Positions 22,563 through 35,224 of a stretch of DNA of 64,000 nucleotides are shown in pieces (the first letter of the stretch is position 1; the number at the start of each line of letters is the position of its first letter). The position numbers and the translations under genes were made by a program. The stretch lies in NCBI RefSeq assembly GCF_006345805.1, contig NC_043000.1, positions 7,502,001 to 7,566,000 on the forward strand, written 5' to 3'. Under the pieces are notes generated by a model. The model worked only from the letters and a program-made list of their open reading frames with translations, did no database searches and was not told where the DNA came from. The DNA comes from Octopus sinensis. Lineage: Eukaryota.

Positions 22563-23018
22563 AGGCGCAGGAGTGGCTGTGTGGTAAGTAGCTTGCTAAC
22601 CAACCACATGGTTCCGGGTTCAGTCCCACTGCATGGCATCTTGGGCAAGTGTCTTCTGCTATAGCCCCGGGCCGACCAATGCCTTGTGAGTGGATTTGGT
22701 AGACGGAAACTGAAAGAAGCCTGTCGTATATATGTATATATATGTATGTGTGTGTTTGTGTGTCTGTGTTTGTCCCCCTAGCATTGCTTGACAACCGATG
22801 CTGGTGTGTTTACATCCCCGTCACTTAGTGGTTCGGCAAAAGAGACCGATAGAATAAGTACTGGGCTTACAAAGAATAAGTCCCGGGGTTGATTTGCTCG
22901 ACTAAAGGCGGTGCTCCAGCATGGCTGCAGTCAAATGACTGAAACAAGTAAAAGAGAAAAGTGTAAAAGAGAAAAGAGTAAAAGAGAAAAGAGTAAAAGA
23001 GAAAAGAGTAAAAGAGTA
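22563..23018 (+). mobile_element. Full-length young family B SINE with (AAAAGAGT/A)n tail
   Basis: Head ggagtggctgtgtggtaag (A box), ggttcagtccc (B box), cttgggcaagtgtc (CORE-like), internal TA/TG tract and about eight tail repeats. Confidence 0.92.
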
Positions 23019-25009
23019 TACATACATACACAGACGTATTTAATCAAATTCTTTGTTATTTTCAAAATTAGTTGAAACAAAGGCAGTGTATTTCAATATA
23101 ATTATAGCAATAACAGGTTAATTAAAAATTCTGGTTATGACTTTGTGTGAGTAAGTTTGCTGTTTAGTAATTTCTATAAAGGGTTTCTTATTGATGACCT
23201 AGTGGAATGTTAAGGTTTTATGTTTGTTGGTTACGATGGTGGGTGGTGGTCTATTTTTCCTTTTATAATTTGATAGAAATATATATCATATACTCTATCA
23301 ACCATCTGTATAGTGAAGAATGGAAATCACTATCCTTAGGCTTTTTGGTTTGGCATCTCTCATATCACCATTTGTAATGTAGCATTTATTATGCTACAAC
23401 AAATTTAATGGATTTCTTCTGTACATTTTATGCCAAGATCTTATTTTTAAGGAAATGTCTGAAAAATATTTTCACATCCAGTGTGTGGTCTCTCTCTCTG
23501 CTGTCTTCAATTGTGTTTCAGGAATGGGATTTTTTTTCTTTCAACATTAACTGTAAGACTTGTTTTCTTACTCTTCCAAGAATGGTATTGTCTTCTCACT
23601 TGCCACTTTAGGGCTTGTCTATTGTACAGGTAGAACTAATGGTAAATGAAATCCTTCCTTATATATATTATTCCTACATTCTGTATTGGCTTCAACAGAC
23701 TGGAAGGCAAAGTTTTTCTTTCAGGGATTTCGATCTCATAACAGACATAAATGACTTTGTATGGGTTTTTAACAATAAGGAATTGAAATGTTGGATGAAT
23801 GAGAAAAGTAATCTTCACTTTAAGCTCTTCATTTGTTTTATTGTTAATAACCTATGTGAAACACAACTGTTCCAAGGAAAGAAATGGACATTGAAAAGTA
23901 CTATTCATAACACAAGAATGTGTGTTCTAGAAGAAACTAGGAATATGCTTGTCAAGATGGTATGGTGAGTGAGAGAATGTTAGTGTTGGTAGCTCTGTTT
24001 TCAACCCAGCATTTCAACAGTCATAACTGTGGAGACTATCAATACTATCACATTTTACTTCTCACACCACTAAATTTCCAATATAGTCTACCAGTCAAAC
24101 TCTGCTCTTTTGTTTTGAAATTGGGTCTCTTTTATTGAGCTACAGGACAAATTCTGACTAGATAGATCTTTGACAATGTCTTCACTCAAAAATCTGGAAC
24201 ATGTTTCTTATAATTTGATTGGTCAGCTTTTTGCTGACCACACTAGTAAATCCAGAAGATCAGCTTTGTTTATTTACACACACCAACTTGCAAATGAAAC
24301 AGTCAGGTTTCAAACTGAAGTAGAAAATTGCTACAAATTTAAACTTCATAATAAATATAAAAGAGTAAATTCATCAAACACACACACACACACACACACA
24401 CACATACCTGCATGCAAACACATACAAGGTGTATGAGATACTGATTTACATACAGTAAAGCATCAGTAAGGTTATGGTTTAAGCAGATATTCCTAATGGC
24501 CCAAGGGATTTTCCTACCTTTATATCCTTAACTACTTTATCTATTAAACTGCCATCAACTATGCACATAAGCTTAAAGGTACACATGTAAAATTCCAAAG
24601 TAGCAAGAGACTAACTTAACCAAAATTAAAAAATATGTTATATATGTATAATATGTAAAGGTAAGATCCAAGGATCCAGGGGTAGGAAGTTAGTAAGCCT
24701 CAAGCAGTCTGTAGAAGATGTAAAAAAACAACTTCAGGAACAATAGCGGTTTATTAATGTAGAAGGATGTAAATTTTTTCCGTATTGAGGTTTGATAAAC
24801 TTACGGTTAGGGTTGCTGTGTATGCAAATAGAAATGCGAAATCAAAAATCTGCAAGTCAACATAGGAACCCTTGACAACAATGTCAACTTCATTTGATTA
24901 AGGTATCTTTGGTATGATGAGTAACTGGTGGATTATCCCTCGTTTGGGCTAATCCTACTTCCAAGCTTCTGCTAGCTATGAAACATATAATAATCATAAT
25001 ATTATAAAA

Positions 25010-25240
25010 GGTGGTGAGCTGGCAGAAATGTTAGCACGCCGGGCGAAATGCTTGGCTGTATTTCGTCTGTTGTTACATTCTGAGTTCAAATTCCACTGAG
25101 GTCGACTTTGCCTTTCATCCTTTCGGGGTCAATAAATTAAGTACCAGTTACACACTGGGGTTGATGTGATCAACTTAATCCCTTTGTCTGTCCTTGTTTG
25201 TCCCCTCTATGTTTAGCCCCTTGTGGGCAATAAGCAAATA
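25010..25240 (+). mobile_element. Family A SINE
   Basis: Collinear with 7248-7474. Confidence 0.9.
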
Positions 25241-25264
25241 AAATATAATAATGATAATAATAAT

Positions 25265-25590
25265 GAAATTATTGTGTATAGTGCTCAGGTGCACTACAAC
25301 TCATCAAAAGTGCATGTACAGTGCATAGAATTATGTACAAAAAATCAGGAAAGTGAATAGTGTATGAATCATTATATACATGTGTGCATGTGCATGGAGG
25401 GGGTGGATATCAGGTGTAGTGCTGGCGAATTTCAGGAATCATGGAGGTTTTAAAGGATGCAATGTTTCGGCAACTAACAACTGATGCAGGTAGTTTGTTC
25501 CATGCTTCAGCAACTCTGAGTATGAGAAAATGTTTCCAAAAGTCATGGGAGTTGTGTTGTTTTCTGACTTTGTAGGCATGCCCACATGTG
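25265..25590 (-). mobile_element. CR1 3' fragment, same family as 3505-4325
   Basis: Shares ttccatgcttcagcaactctgag..aaatgtttcc and the tail ctgagcact.tacaca. Confidence 0.85.
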
Positions 25591-25647
25591 GAAGCTAGAC
25601 TTTATCTACTCCATTCCCTAATTTTCAGGATATATTTATATATATAC

Positions 25648-25870
25648 TTTTATTACAGCTGAAAAATCTTCACAAACTGTTAATCAGAGTTTCATGTTAC
25701 AGTTTGTTGGCCAGTTGTGATAATATTATCATATGGTCACAACTGTCACACGATCAGTTATGATAATAGGATCACAACTGTAATATGATCAGTTGTGATA
25801 ATATGATCATCATAACCGGCTGTGAAACTTTGAGTAACAGTCTATGAAGATTTTTCTGGCTTTAATAAAA
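25648..25870. repeat. Foldback with ~47-bp arms carrying a decayed hammerhead-like 3' half
   Basis: 25648-25694 pairs with 25822-25870. GAAACT(C/T)TGA(G/T)TAACAG is on both arms. The spacer has repeated cagttgtgata/atcacaactg. Same family as 52430-52510. Confidence 0.75.
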
Positions 25871-25942
25871 GCATATTACTCTACTTTTGGTATTCAATTA
25901 CTATTTTTTACCACATTGGTTTGTATTTATATGTTTACTCGT

Positions 25943-26146
<204 letters not shown>

Positions 26147-27290
26147 ATGATGATAGGTTTATTTTTTACTGTCTAGTTGGTAATCTTGATTACAGCTTGA
26201 TACAGACACTTTCAGAATTTCTTCCTTTGTCAAGACTGTTGCTTGTTTCATGTGTGTGAATGTTGAAGGCATTAAATAAGAAGTAGAATTTAAAACCACT
26301 CAATACATTGCTAGAAACATTATCTATGGAGTGTGTTACTCTACACTATTTTATAGTAATTTCCTTATCTCTGATGATAACGAAAATAAACAGATTAAGT
26401 TCACTCCTATTTTGAGGGATTTTGGCAGCATTATATGCCTTTTACTTAAAGAGGAGAAGGAGGAGGAGGGATTTGTGATTTTTATATCTGATATCATAAT
26501 TCACTTACCATATTGAGGATTAACTCAAGTACCTAGAATTTTCTGAACCCTGCTATGTACATACATCCGATCAATATATCCACTTATTTTAAAATGTTTA
26601 TTTTAATGAAGAACATATTAAATCTGAATTTAAACATAAAAGGGTAAAAATCAATTTCTGCAGCAAAAATATATAGCATTATGGACACAAGAAGAAATCA
26701 AACAGAGCTGAATATAAAAATTATTGAGTTCTAGTAAAATACTAAGTAAAATATTTTTCTAAAATTAGTTCTTAATGAAGTCTAAAGTTTGTTATTTGCC
26801 AAAATCATTAGACTCTGATAAAATTAGAATTATTTATTTGCTTATTTATCAAATGATTCTTCTGATATTATTTTCATTCTGTTGATGACATATACACATA
26901 TATTGACACGTATATTTGACCATACACACACACACAATATGACCGTAAGCACCTGTTCTTGTTGTATCTTAAATAGATAAAAACAAATATTTGCATTGCC
27001 ATTGTAATACAAACATTTCATATTTAAGTAGGTAAATAAATCTAATTCTTGGTTTCTTAAGATCGCAGAAAGTCTTAACCTTATACACACACACACACAC
27101 ACACACGCACATACAATGAAAATGTAAGCTCAATGCACTTCAAAGAAATAAAAACAGACTCACACATGCACATGTACATACAAATATATGAGTGTGTCTG
27201 TGTTTGTGTGTGTGTGTATACACACACACACATATGTATATGGTCATTTACCTGGCATGGGTGCATGTGTGTGTGTATATATTGTGTGTG

Positions 27291-27372
<82 letters not shown>

Positions 27373-27467
27373 CTGAGCATCAATCTTAATAACTATTCAC
27401 TGTGCATGTCTAACTGATTCTTGTTTTTTCCTGATTTTATTTTTGATTTGCCTATATATGTGTAGCT

Positions 27468-27510
<43 letters not shown>

Positions 27511-27984
27511 AACATATATACATAAATGTAGACTTCCACATCCTTCCTTTCATCCATCCACCCACCCATCCATCCATCAATCTATATATGGTTGTTTACC
27601 AGGAGTGTGTGTGTGTGTGTGTGTGTGTGTACAATATACTTCACAGATAATCACCTACACTTGAGAGCCACTAGTCTTAACAATATTTGTCAATATTTCT
27701 CCTGGACTCTCCACCTAAGTAAAATTGTCAAGTTAAGCCTGGACTTCTTCAAAGCAAACATACACTCTAGCCACAGGTTGTTGTAACTAACTTTCTCTTA
27801 GCTACAACAGATGTAACCCACACTGGAACAGCAAACACTTCTGTACTTAAGATCAAGTTCTTACTACACCTGTATCTAATGTACTTGACCAGATTCTGGA
27901 AAACTGTTGTTTGCACTTGGTGTATTCACCAACATTACTTAACACCTACTCTGAGGACTGACTTGTCTCTGCTGCTGTTACTAC

Positions 27985-28180
27985 GACCATCAACATCATT
28001 ACCACCATCACCACCACCACCACCACCACCACCACCACCACCACCGCCGCTACCATTATCATCATCACCATCACCACCATTACTATCAACATCATCATCA
28101 CTACCATCACTACCACCACTACAACCACTACAGCAGCAGTACCACCACCACTGCCACTACCACGACCACTATCACCATTT
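27985..28180. repeat. Imperfect (ACC/ATC/ACT)n triplet tract
   Basis: Direct inspection. Confidence 0.9.
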
Positions 28181-28639
28181 TTCTTTTTTCCTTTAATGGC
28201 CATTCCCCCCCCCACCCTGTGCTGGTATAGGTTGGATGAGTCATCTCCATCTCAATGCATTGCCACTTGTTATATTCCATTGTGATCCCCTTCATGAGGT
28301 CCAGCATCCTGGCATCACACTTCACCATTTATGTCTGCAAATGTTGATGATGGTAATGCTGATGATGATGGTGCAATGATGGTGGTGGTGGAGGTAGTAG
28401 TAGTAGTAGTATTAGTAGTACATTCCGTGTGAGCTGGGTTGGTTTGACTGGACCAATCCATTTTCCCTCAGATATTCACTGTTCCAAAACCACAAATACA
28501 TATACACAGTTCATGTCAGATTTAACCCTTTAGCATTTAAACCAGCCATATCTGGCCTAAATATTCTACCTGTTTTATGTCTGAACCAGCCAGATCTCCC
28601 CCCCCCCCTCCCATAATATTTAGAAAAACTTAAATCCAG

Positions 28640-28905
28640 AGAAGAAGCACACTCTAAGAAGTAGAGCAGTCTATATTTTTTTCCTGGTGAAGGCCTGATT
28701 ATGGGGTTGCTCTGGGTTTTCTGTCCGTAAAGGGTTTGACTTTATGGTGCATCTTCAGATCCCAAGACCTGTTGGCCTATGATCTCTTTTAAAATTTTAA
28801 AGAGGTCATTGGCCAATAGGTCTTGGGGTCTGAAGATATGCCATAAAGTTAAACCCTTTATGAATAGGATACCCAGGGTAACCCCATAAACTGGCCTTCG
28901 CCAGG
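28640..28905. mobile_element. Zero-spacer ~223-bp palindrome (28683-28905), second copy of the 22300 family
   Basis: Centre ctctttaaaa|ttttaaagag. Both arms contain CTGAAGA..CCATAAAG..CTTTA(T/C)G. Confidence 0.8.
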
Positions 28906-29444
28906 GAAAATACACACACACACACACACAAGGATTCTGTTTCTGCCTACCAAATCCACTCACAAGGCATTGGTTGGACAAGGCTATAATAGGAGATGCT
29001 ATTACAAGGTGTTGCACAATAGGGCTGAACCTGAAACCACATGGTTGGGAAGCAGGCTGCTTAACTACACAGCCACATTTGCACCTTGCATTATAGAAAA
29101 TCCATTGTTAATCCATTAGTATAATAATCAGGGAAGATTTTGTTCTGTTGGAAACTGCCAAAATGAATATTCTAATAGCAAACCTTGCAAGAACAATCAG
29201 GGATGTGTCACTTACGTGTCAACCCCCAAAATGGCAAAAGCACATCCAGTATTTTATCTCGTGAATGCAATTGTCTGGTTGCACACCAAAAGATAGGCTC
29301 AGCATGTATAAAGGAGCAAAAGAAAGATTTGAAAATATTCTTAAAAATGATGTAGATGGAACATGTCTTCTATACTGTTATAAGTTTCAGAAGGAGTTCT
29401 TAGAAATGATGAGAAGATAATGAAGGCCATTACGTATTGGTTTC

Positions 29445-30922
29445 AAATTTTGGTATAAGGCCAGAAATTTGGGAGTTGGGAGTAAGTCAATTACATCGAC
29501 TCCAGTACCCAACTGGTACTTATTCTATTGACCCTGATAAAAATTTAAGGCTAAGTAGACCTCAGTGGAATTTGAACTCAGAATGTAATGATGGACAAAA
29601 TGCTGCAAAGTATTTTGCCTGATGTGCTTCTGATTGTGCTTATGATGTGCTTATGATGTGCTTATGATGTGCTTATGATGTGCTTATGATGTGCTTATGA
29701 TGTGCTTATGATTGTGCTTATGATTGTGCTTATGATGTGCTTATGATGTGCTTATGATGTGCTTATGATGTGCTTATGATGTGCTTATGATTGTGCTTAT
29801 GATTGTGCTTATGATGTGCTTATGATGTGCTTATGATGTGCTTATGATGTGCTTATGATGTGCTTATGATTGTGCTTATGATTGTGCTTATGATTGTGCT
29901 TATGATGTGCTTATGATGTGCTTATGATGTGCTTATGATGTGCTTATGATTGTGCTTATGATTGTGCTTATGATTGTGCTTATGATGTGCTTATGATGTG
30001 CTTATGATGTGCTTATGATGTGCTTATGATTGTGCTTATGATTGTGCTTATGACTGTGCTTATGATGTGCTTATGATGTGCTTATGATGTGCTTATGATG
30101 TGCTTATGATTGTGCTTATGATTGTGCTTATGATTGTGCTTATGATGTGCTTATGATGTGCTTATGATGTGCTTATGATGTGCTTATGATGTGCTTATGA
30201 TGTGCTTATGATGTGCTTATGATTGCGCTTATGATTGTGCTTATGATTGTGCTTATGATGTGCTTATGATGTGCTTATGATGTGCTTATGATGTGCTTAT
30301 GATGTGCTTATGATTGTGCTTATGATTGTGCTTATGATTGTGCTTATGATGTGCTTATGATGTGCTTATGATGTGCTTATGATGTGCTTATGATGTGCTT
30401 ATGATTGTGCTTATGATTGTGCTTATGATTGTGCTTATGATGTGCTTATGATGTGCTTATGATGTGCTTATGATGTGCTTATGATTGTGCTTATGATTGT
30501 GCTTATGATTGTGCTTATGATGTGCTTATGATGTGCTTATGATGTGCTTATGATGTGCTTATGATGTGCTTATGATGTGCTTATGATTGTGCTTATGATT
30601 GTGCTTATGATTGTGCTTATGACGTGCTTATGATGTGCTTATGATGTGCTTATGATGTGCTTATGATGTGCTTATGATTGTGCTTATGATTGTGCTTATG
30701 ATTGTGCTTATGATGTGCTTATGATGTGCTTATGATGTGCTTATGATGTGCTTATGATTGTGCTTATGATTGTGCTTATGATTGTGCTTATGATGTGCTT
30801 ATGATGTGCTTATGATGTGCTTATGATGTGCTTATGATTGTGCTTATGATTGTGATTATGATTGTGCTTATGATGTGCTTATGATGTGCTTATGATGTGC
30901 TTACGATTGTGCCAGCTTGCTA
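29445..30922 (-). mobile_element. Family A SINE split by an internal satellite
   Basis: The body at 29445-29630 runs into the array, and the head remnant (gtgccagcttgc) follows it at about 30910. Confidence 0.75.
29621..30912. repeat. ~1.3-kb minisatellite of GATGTGCTTAT (11) and GATTGTGCTTAT (12) units in higher-order blocks
   Basis: Runs of 4-6 11-mers alternate with 2-3 12-mers, with only a handful of substitutions. Confidence 0.97.
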
Positions 30923-30954
30923 CTTTCTAACTTCAAATATTCATTTTGACTTAT

Positions 30955-31140
30955 GGCACAAGGCCAGCAGTTTTGGGGATAGGCATAAGTTTATTACATT
31001 GACCCAAGTACATGACTGGTACTTATTTTATCAATCCTGAAAGGATGAAAAGCAAAGTCAACATTAGCAGAATTTGAACTCAGAATGTAAAGATGGATGA
31101 AATGCTGCTTAACATTTTGTCTGACTTGCTGACAAATTTT
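30955..31140 (-). mobile_element. Diverged family A SINE
   Basis: Reverse complement family A motifs (tacttattttatcaatcctgaaaggatgaaaagcaaagtc). Confidence 0.75.
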
Positions 31141-31159
31141 GCTTGTTTGCCTAATGTTT

Positions 31160-31546
31160 ATAGGCATAGGAGTGGCTGTTTGGTAAGTAGCTTGCTTACC
31201 AACCACATGGTTCTGGGTTCAGTCTCACTGTGTGGCACCTTGGGCAAGTGTTTTCTACAATAGCATCAGGCTGACCAAAGCCTTGTGAGTGGATTTGGTA
31301 GACGGAAACTGAAAGAAGCCTGTCATATATATATATATATGTTTGTGTGTCTGTGTTTGTCCCCCCAACATCTCTTGACAACCGATGCTGGTGTGTTTAC
31401 GTCCTCGTAACTTAGAGGTTCGGCAAAAAGAGACCGATAAAATAAGTACTAGGCTTACAAAGAATAAGTCCTGGGGTCGATTTGCTGGACTAAAGGCGGT
31501 GCTCCAGCATGGTCACAGTCAAATGACTGAAACAAGTAAAAGAGAC
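31160..31546 (+). mobile_element. Full-length family B SINE
   Basis: Collinear with 22563-22955. Confidence 0.9.
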
Positions 31547-32399
31547 GCCGTACCTAATAGTGAAATACGTAATGAATCTAGGAGAAGCCAACCTGAAAAC
31601 CAAAGTCTTAGAAAAAAAAGCTGGTAAATCTATGACTTGGCAATGTGGTTCAGAAGCTTGCTTTGTAACTATGTAGTTTTGGGTTCAGTTCTACTGTGTG
31701 GCTCTGTGGGAAAGGGATTTCTACTGTAGCCTTGGGACAATGAATAGCTTGTGAGTGACTTTGGTAAATGGAAACTCTAAAGAAGCCTGTCATGTTGTGT
31801 GTGTATGTGTGTGTGTTGTGTTTGTCTCCTACCACCAATAGGTAACTGGTGTTAGTTTGTTTATATCCCCATAACTTAGTAACTCAGCAAAAGAGAGTGG
31901 TAGAATAAGTACCAGATTTAAAAATAAAAACTAGGGTTGATTTTCTCAGCTAAAACCTCTCAAAGTGGTGCTCCAGCATGGCTGCAATCCAATGATTGAA
32001 ACAAGTAAAAATAAAAAAATCATCTGTATGTCCCACCCTTTTTGGTAGTGACATATATGAAATGTGATTGTGAAATATGTGCTACAAACCAACATATCAA
32101 CTGCAAAGTTAGAAACACAGCATGAAATGTGAAGAAGGGTCATGTGCAAACCTCCTTGGAAACTTAAATAAGGGAGACAGCTTGAAGTATTTGTGAAAGA
32201 TTCCGTGAGCCTTGTTACAGCTACACTGACCAAATGAAACCAACTTCCATGTTTCACTGAAGCGTTTGAGATCACCAAAATGGTTCAATCCATTGACCCA
32301 GTGCAGATGTCTTCTTTTATTCCCCAATCATCTTTTGTAATAAGACAATTGAATCAGTTGTTGTTGTCATTGCCATTGTTATCATCATCATTCTTGTCA

Positions 32400-32920
32400 A
32401 CCTCTTTCCCCTCCTCCTCTACACCTTTCTTCTCCTCCTTCCCTTTCTCTTTCCCCTCCTCATCCTTGTCCTCCCTCTTGTCATCTCTCTCGTCGTTGTC
32501 CATGTCTTCCTTCTCCACATTCTTGTCCTTCTCCTTGTCCCTGTCCTCTTCCTCTCTTTGTCCTCTTTCTCCTCTGCCTCTTCTCCGCTTCCTCTCCTTG
32601 TCCTTGTCCTGTACCTCTCCTCATACTTGTCCTCCACCTCTTCTTCTCCTTGTCCTTGTCCTCCACCTCCTCCCCTCCTTGTCCTTGTCCTTCACCTCTT
32701 CCTCTCCTCGTCCTTGTCCTTGTCCTTCACCTCTTCTTCTCCTTGTCCTTGTCCTCCACCTCTTCTTCCTCTCCTCGTGTTCATTCTTGTCCTCTTCCTC
32801 TTCTTCCTCTCCTCGTGTTCATTCTTGTCCCCTTCCTCTTCTGCCTCTCCTTGTGTTCATTCTTGCCCTCCTCCTTATCTTCTTCCCCTTCTCCTCATCA
32901 TTGTTCTCCTCATCATCATC
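32400..32920. repeat. Pyrimidine-rich low-complexity tract with (TCCTTG) and (TCC) units
   Basis: Direct inspection; it has internal ~50-100-bp duplications. Confidence 0.9.
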
Positions 32921-33769
32921 GTTATTGTTGTCAATTTAATGTCCATTTTCCCATGTGTCAGATGGAATTTGCTGAGGCAAATTGTCTATGGTTAGATGCT
33001 CTTCCTGCTGCTAACCCTCACTTGTTTCTAAGCATGATAACATTTCCTCCCATGACTGGACATAAACGATAAGAAATAATTAATTTAAAAATGTTATTGA
33101 CACTATACATTTTCAGAGTGTGGCTTGTAGCAATTAACCTTACAAAACCCAATGGCCAGTGTAATTTATATATTTATTTTGTTCTTTAGTTATCTAATCA
33201 AGTTAAAGATTCCCCGTTGATCAAATCTCATTAATTTCTAGCTGCTGACAAAGATGGTGTAGCCACTGTTTGTCTGCTGCAAGAAGTAGCACTTGATAGC
33301 ACTTGGTAATTAAGCCCACCTTCTCCATCACTGTGACAACTTTTATTCCTAGAAGGCTTGGATTAGCTAATCTCTCAATTTCCAGCATCATGAAGTGATG
33401 AGGTTTCTAAGCTGAAATTCACTTGTTTAGCAAGATAAGCAATCTGAGAAAAAAAAAAAAAAAATGTTTTTTAATTAAAATGGGCTCCGTTCTAGATACA
33501 GTGATGACGATTTCTTTAGGAAAGCAATAACTTTGAATAAAAAGTGATTCAGTGCATAAGAAACACTCTAGATTTGGTACACAGCCTCTCTAATGCATGT
33601 GGTATGATAAAATTAACCCAGTCCTGGTTGTGAAGTATTGGGGACAGAAAGGGCATCTAACCATAAAAACCTTTTCAAGTAAGGTAATATTTCCCCATGG
33701 CCAGACAGGTTTTTCATGCAAGACTGAAAATGAGCAACCTCACTTGTGTGGCAGTGATGCGATGTTGGG

Positions 33770-33838
33770 GGGAACAAACACAGATACTTAAACATATACA
33801 CACACATACATACATATATAAATATACATATATAAATA

Positions 33839-33880
<42 letters not shown>

Positions 33881-34047
33881 GATATACGACAGGCTTCTTT
33901 CAGTTTCTGTCTACCAAATCCACTCACAAGGGTTTTGTTGGCCTGAGGCTATAGTAGAAGACACTTGCCCAAGGTGCTATGCAGTGGGACTGAACCCAGA
34001 ACCATGTGGTTGGTAAGCAAGCTACTTACCACACAGCCACTCCTGCG
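33770..34047 (-). mobile_element. Family B SINE 5' part with internal TA tract
   Basis: Reverse complement head at 33990-34047. Confidence 0.85.
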
Positions 34048-35224
34048 TCATGGAGAATCTTTATTTTTTTTTTTATGAAGGCAGCCCCTCTTGTGATGTG
34101 GCTTCATAAAATGTCCACTCTCCATGCTGTTTTGTAGTAGGTAATAGGAAGAGTATTTTGCTGTTGAAGCCAAACAAAGAAACCAAAACCCCATAAAATT
34201 TGTTGGTTTTTCTCTGCCCTTCCAGATGACAAAAGACCCTGACAAGCAGCAAGACAAACACTGAGACCAGTTTGACCCATGTCAGCATAGAATGACAGAC
34301 GTAAAATGATGATGACGCAATCGTGTTATTATTGTCTATGGTTTTAGTTTGTTATTTTTTTAAAGTCATATCAAGAGAAATCTATTCTCCATAAGGCAAT
34401 TTATGCCAGCCAAATAAGACTGTGTTTCAACACGACCTTCACCACCACCACCACCACCACCACCATACCACCGCCACCACCACCACCACCACCACTTCTG
34501 TTACTATGGTCTGAGTATTCAGTCGGTCTTAAGTTGATATATGAAATAATAAATAGGTGATGTGTCTGTGTGAAAACGATAATGTTCATTTTCTATTCTG
34601 TTAGAAAGTTGTCATTCTGACCTTTCAATCAGTCCGATCGATAACTGATGTGAATGAATATAGAATCGGTATGTCTGTGACTTGGCTTCTTAGTGACTTC
34701 AAATATCAGTCTTATATACTTTACGAAGGTTTGGCAGCAGTTAAACAGTTTATAATAAAAGAGTATTGATTTATTTACTTCTTCTTTTATTTGTATTTTC
34801 AAAGTCTACGTCTGAAGCTCATTAGGTTACAAAACTAGTGATTCCGACTCAACGATTCCGACTCCACTATGTGGACGATGTGGCTGGGGTTCATTTTTAT
34901 CAACCTCTGGGGAGGTTCATAGGATAACTTAACCCCAACTGAGATTTCAACTTGGACTGGGCTGTAATAAAATATCCTGTCTGGGTGGCCATTGTTGGCA
35001 TCGGTTCCACACATTTCCTTAGAATTTTTGAAGCAATAGCAATGAGGTTATTCTCACTTGCTTCAAAATGATATATTTTCTGTGAATGCTTATTGTCAAA
35101 ATTTACTCTCCTGTCTGTGGCTCTTCCCCCCTCCTATTGCTATTTGACCTCTTTTGATATTTCATAATAAGCACAGACAAGAATTGTTTTTGAGATTTAA
35201 TATTTATATATAATTCACTATATG

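Noticed and set aside
23615-23968. 117-aa ORF ending near a GTGAGT donor-like site
   Set aside because: No recognisable motif and typical intergenic composition. It could be a very old LINE but cannot be supported.
26365-26400. CTGATGA-taac-GAAA hammerhead-like string
   Set aside because: Only 4 nt lie between the core strands, so stem II cannot form, and there is no stem III or cleavage triplet.
34605-34668. Possible 64-nt exon (ttctattctgttag|...|gtatgt; KVVILTFQSVRSITDVNEYRI)
   Set aside because: Splice signals are only moderate and there is no recognisable protein similarity. RNA-seq would be needed.
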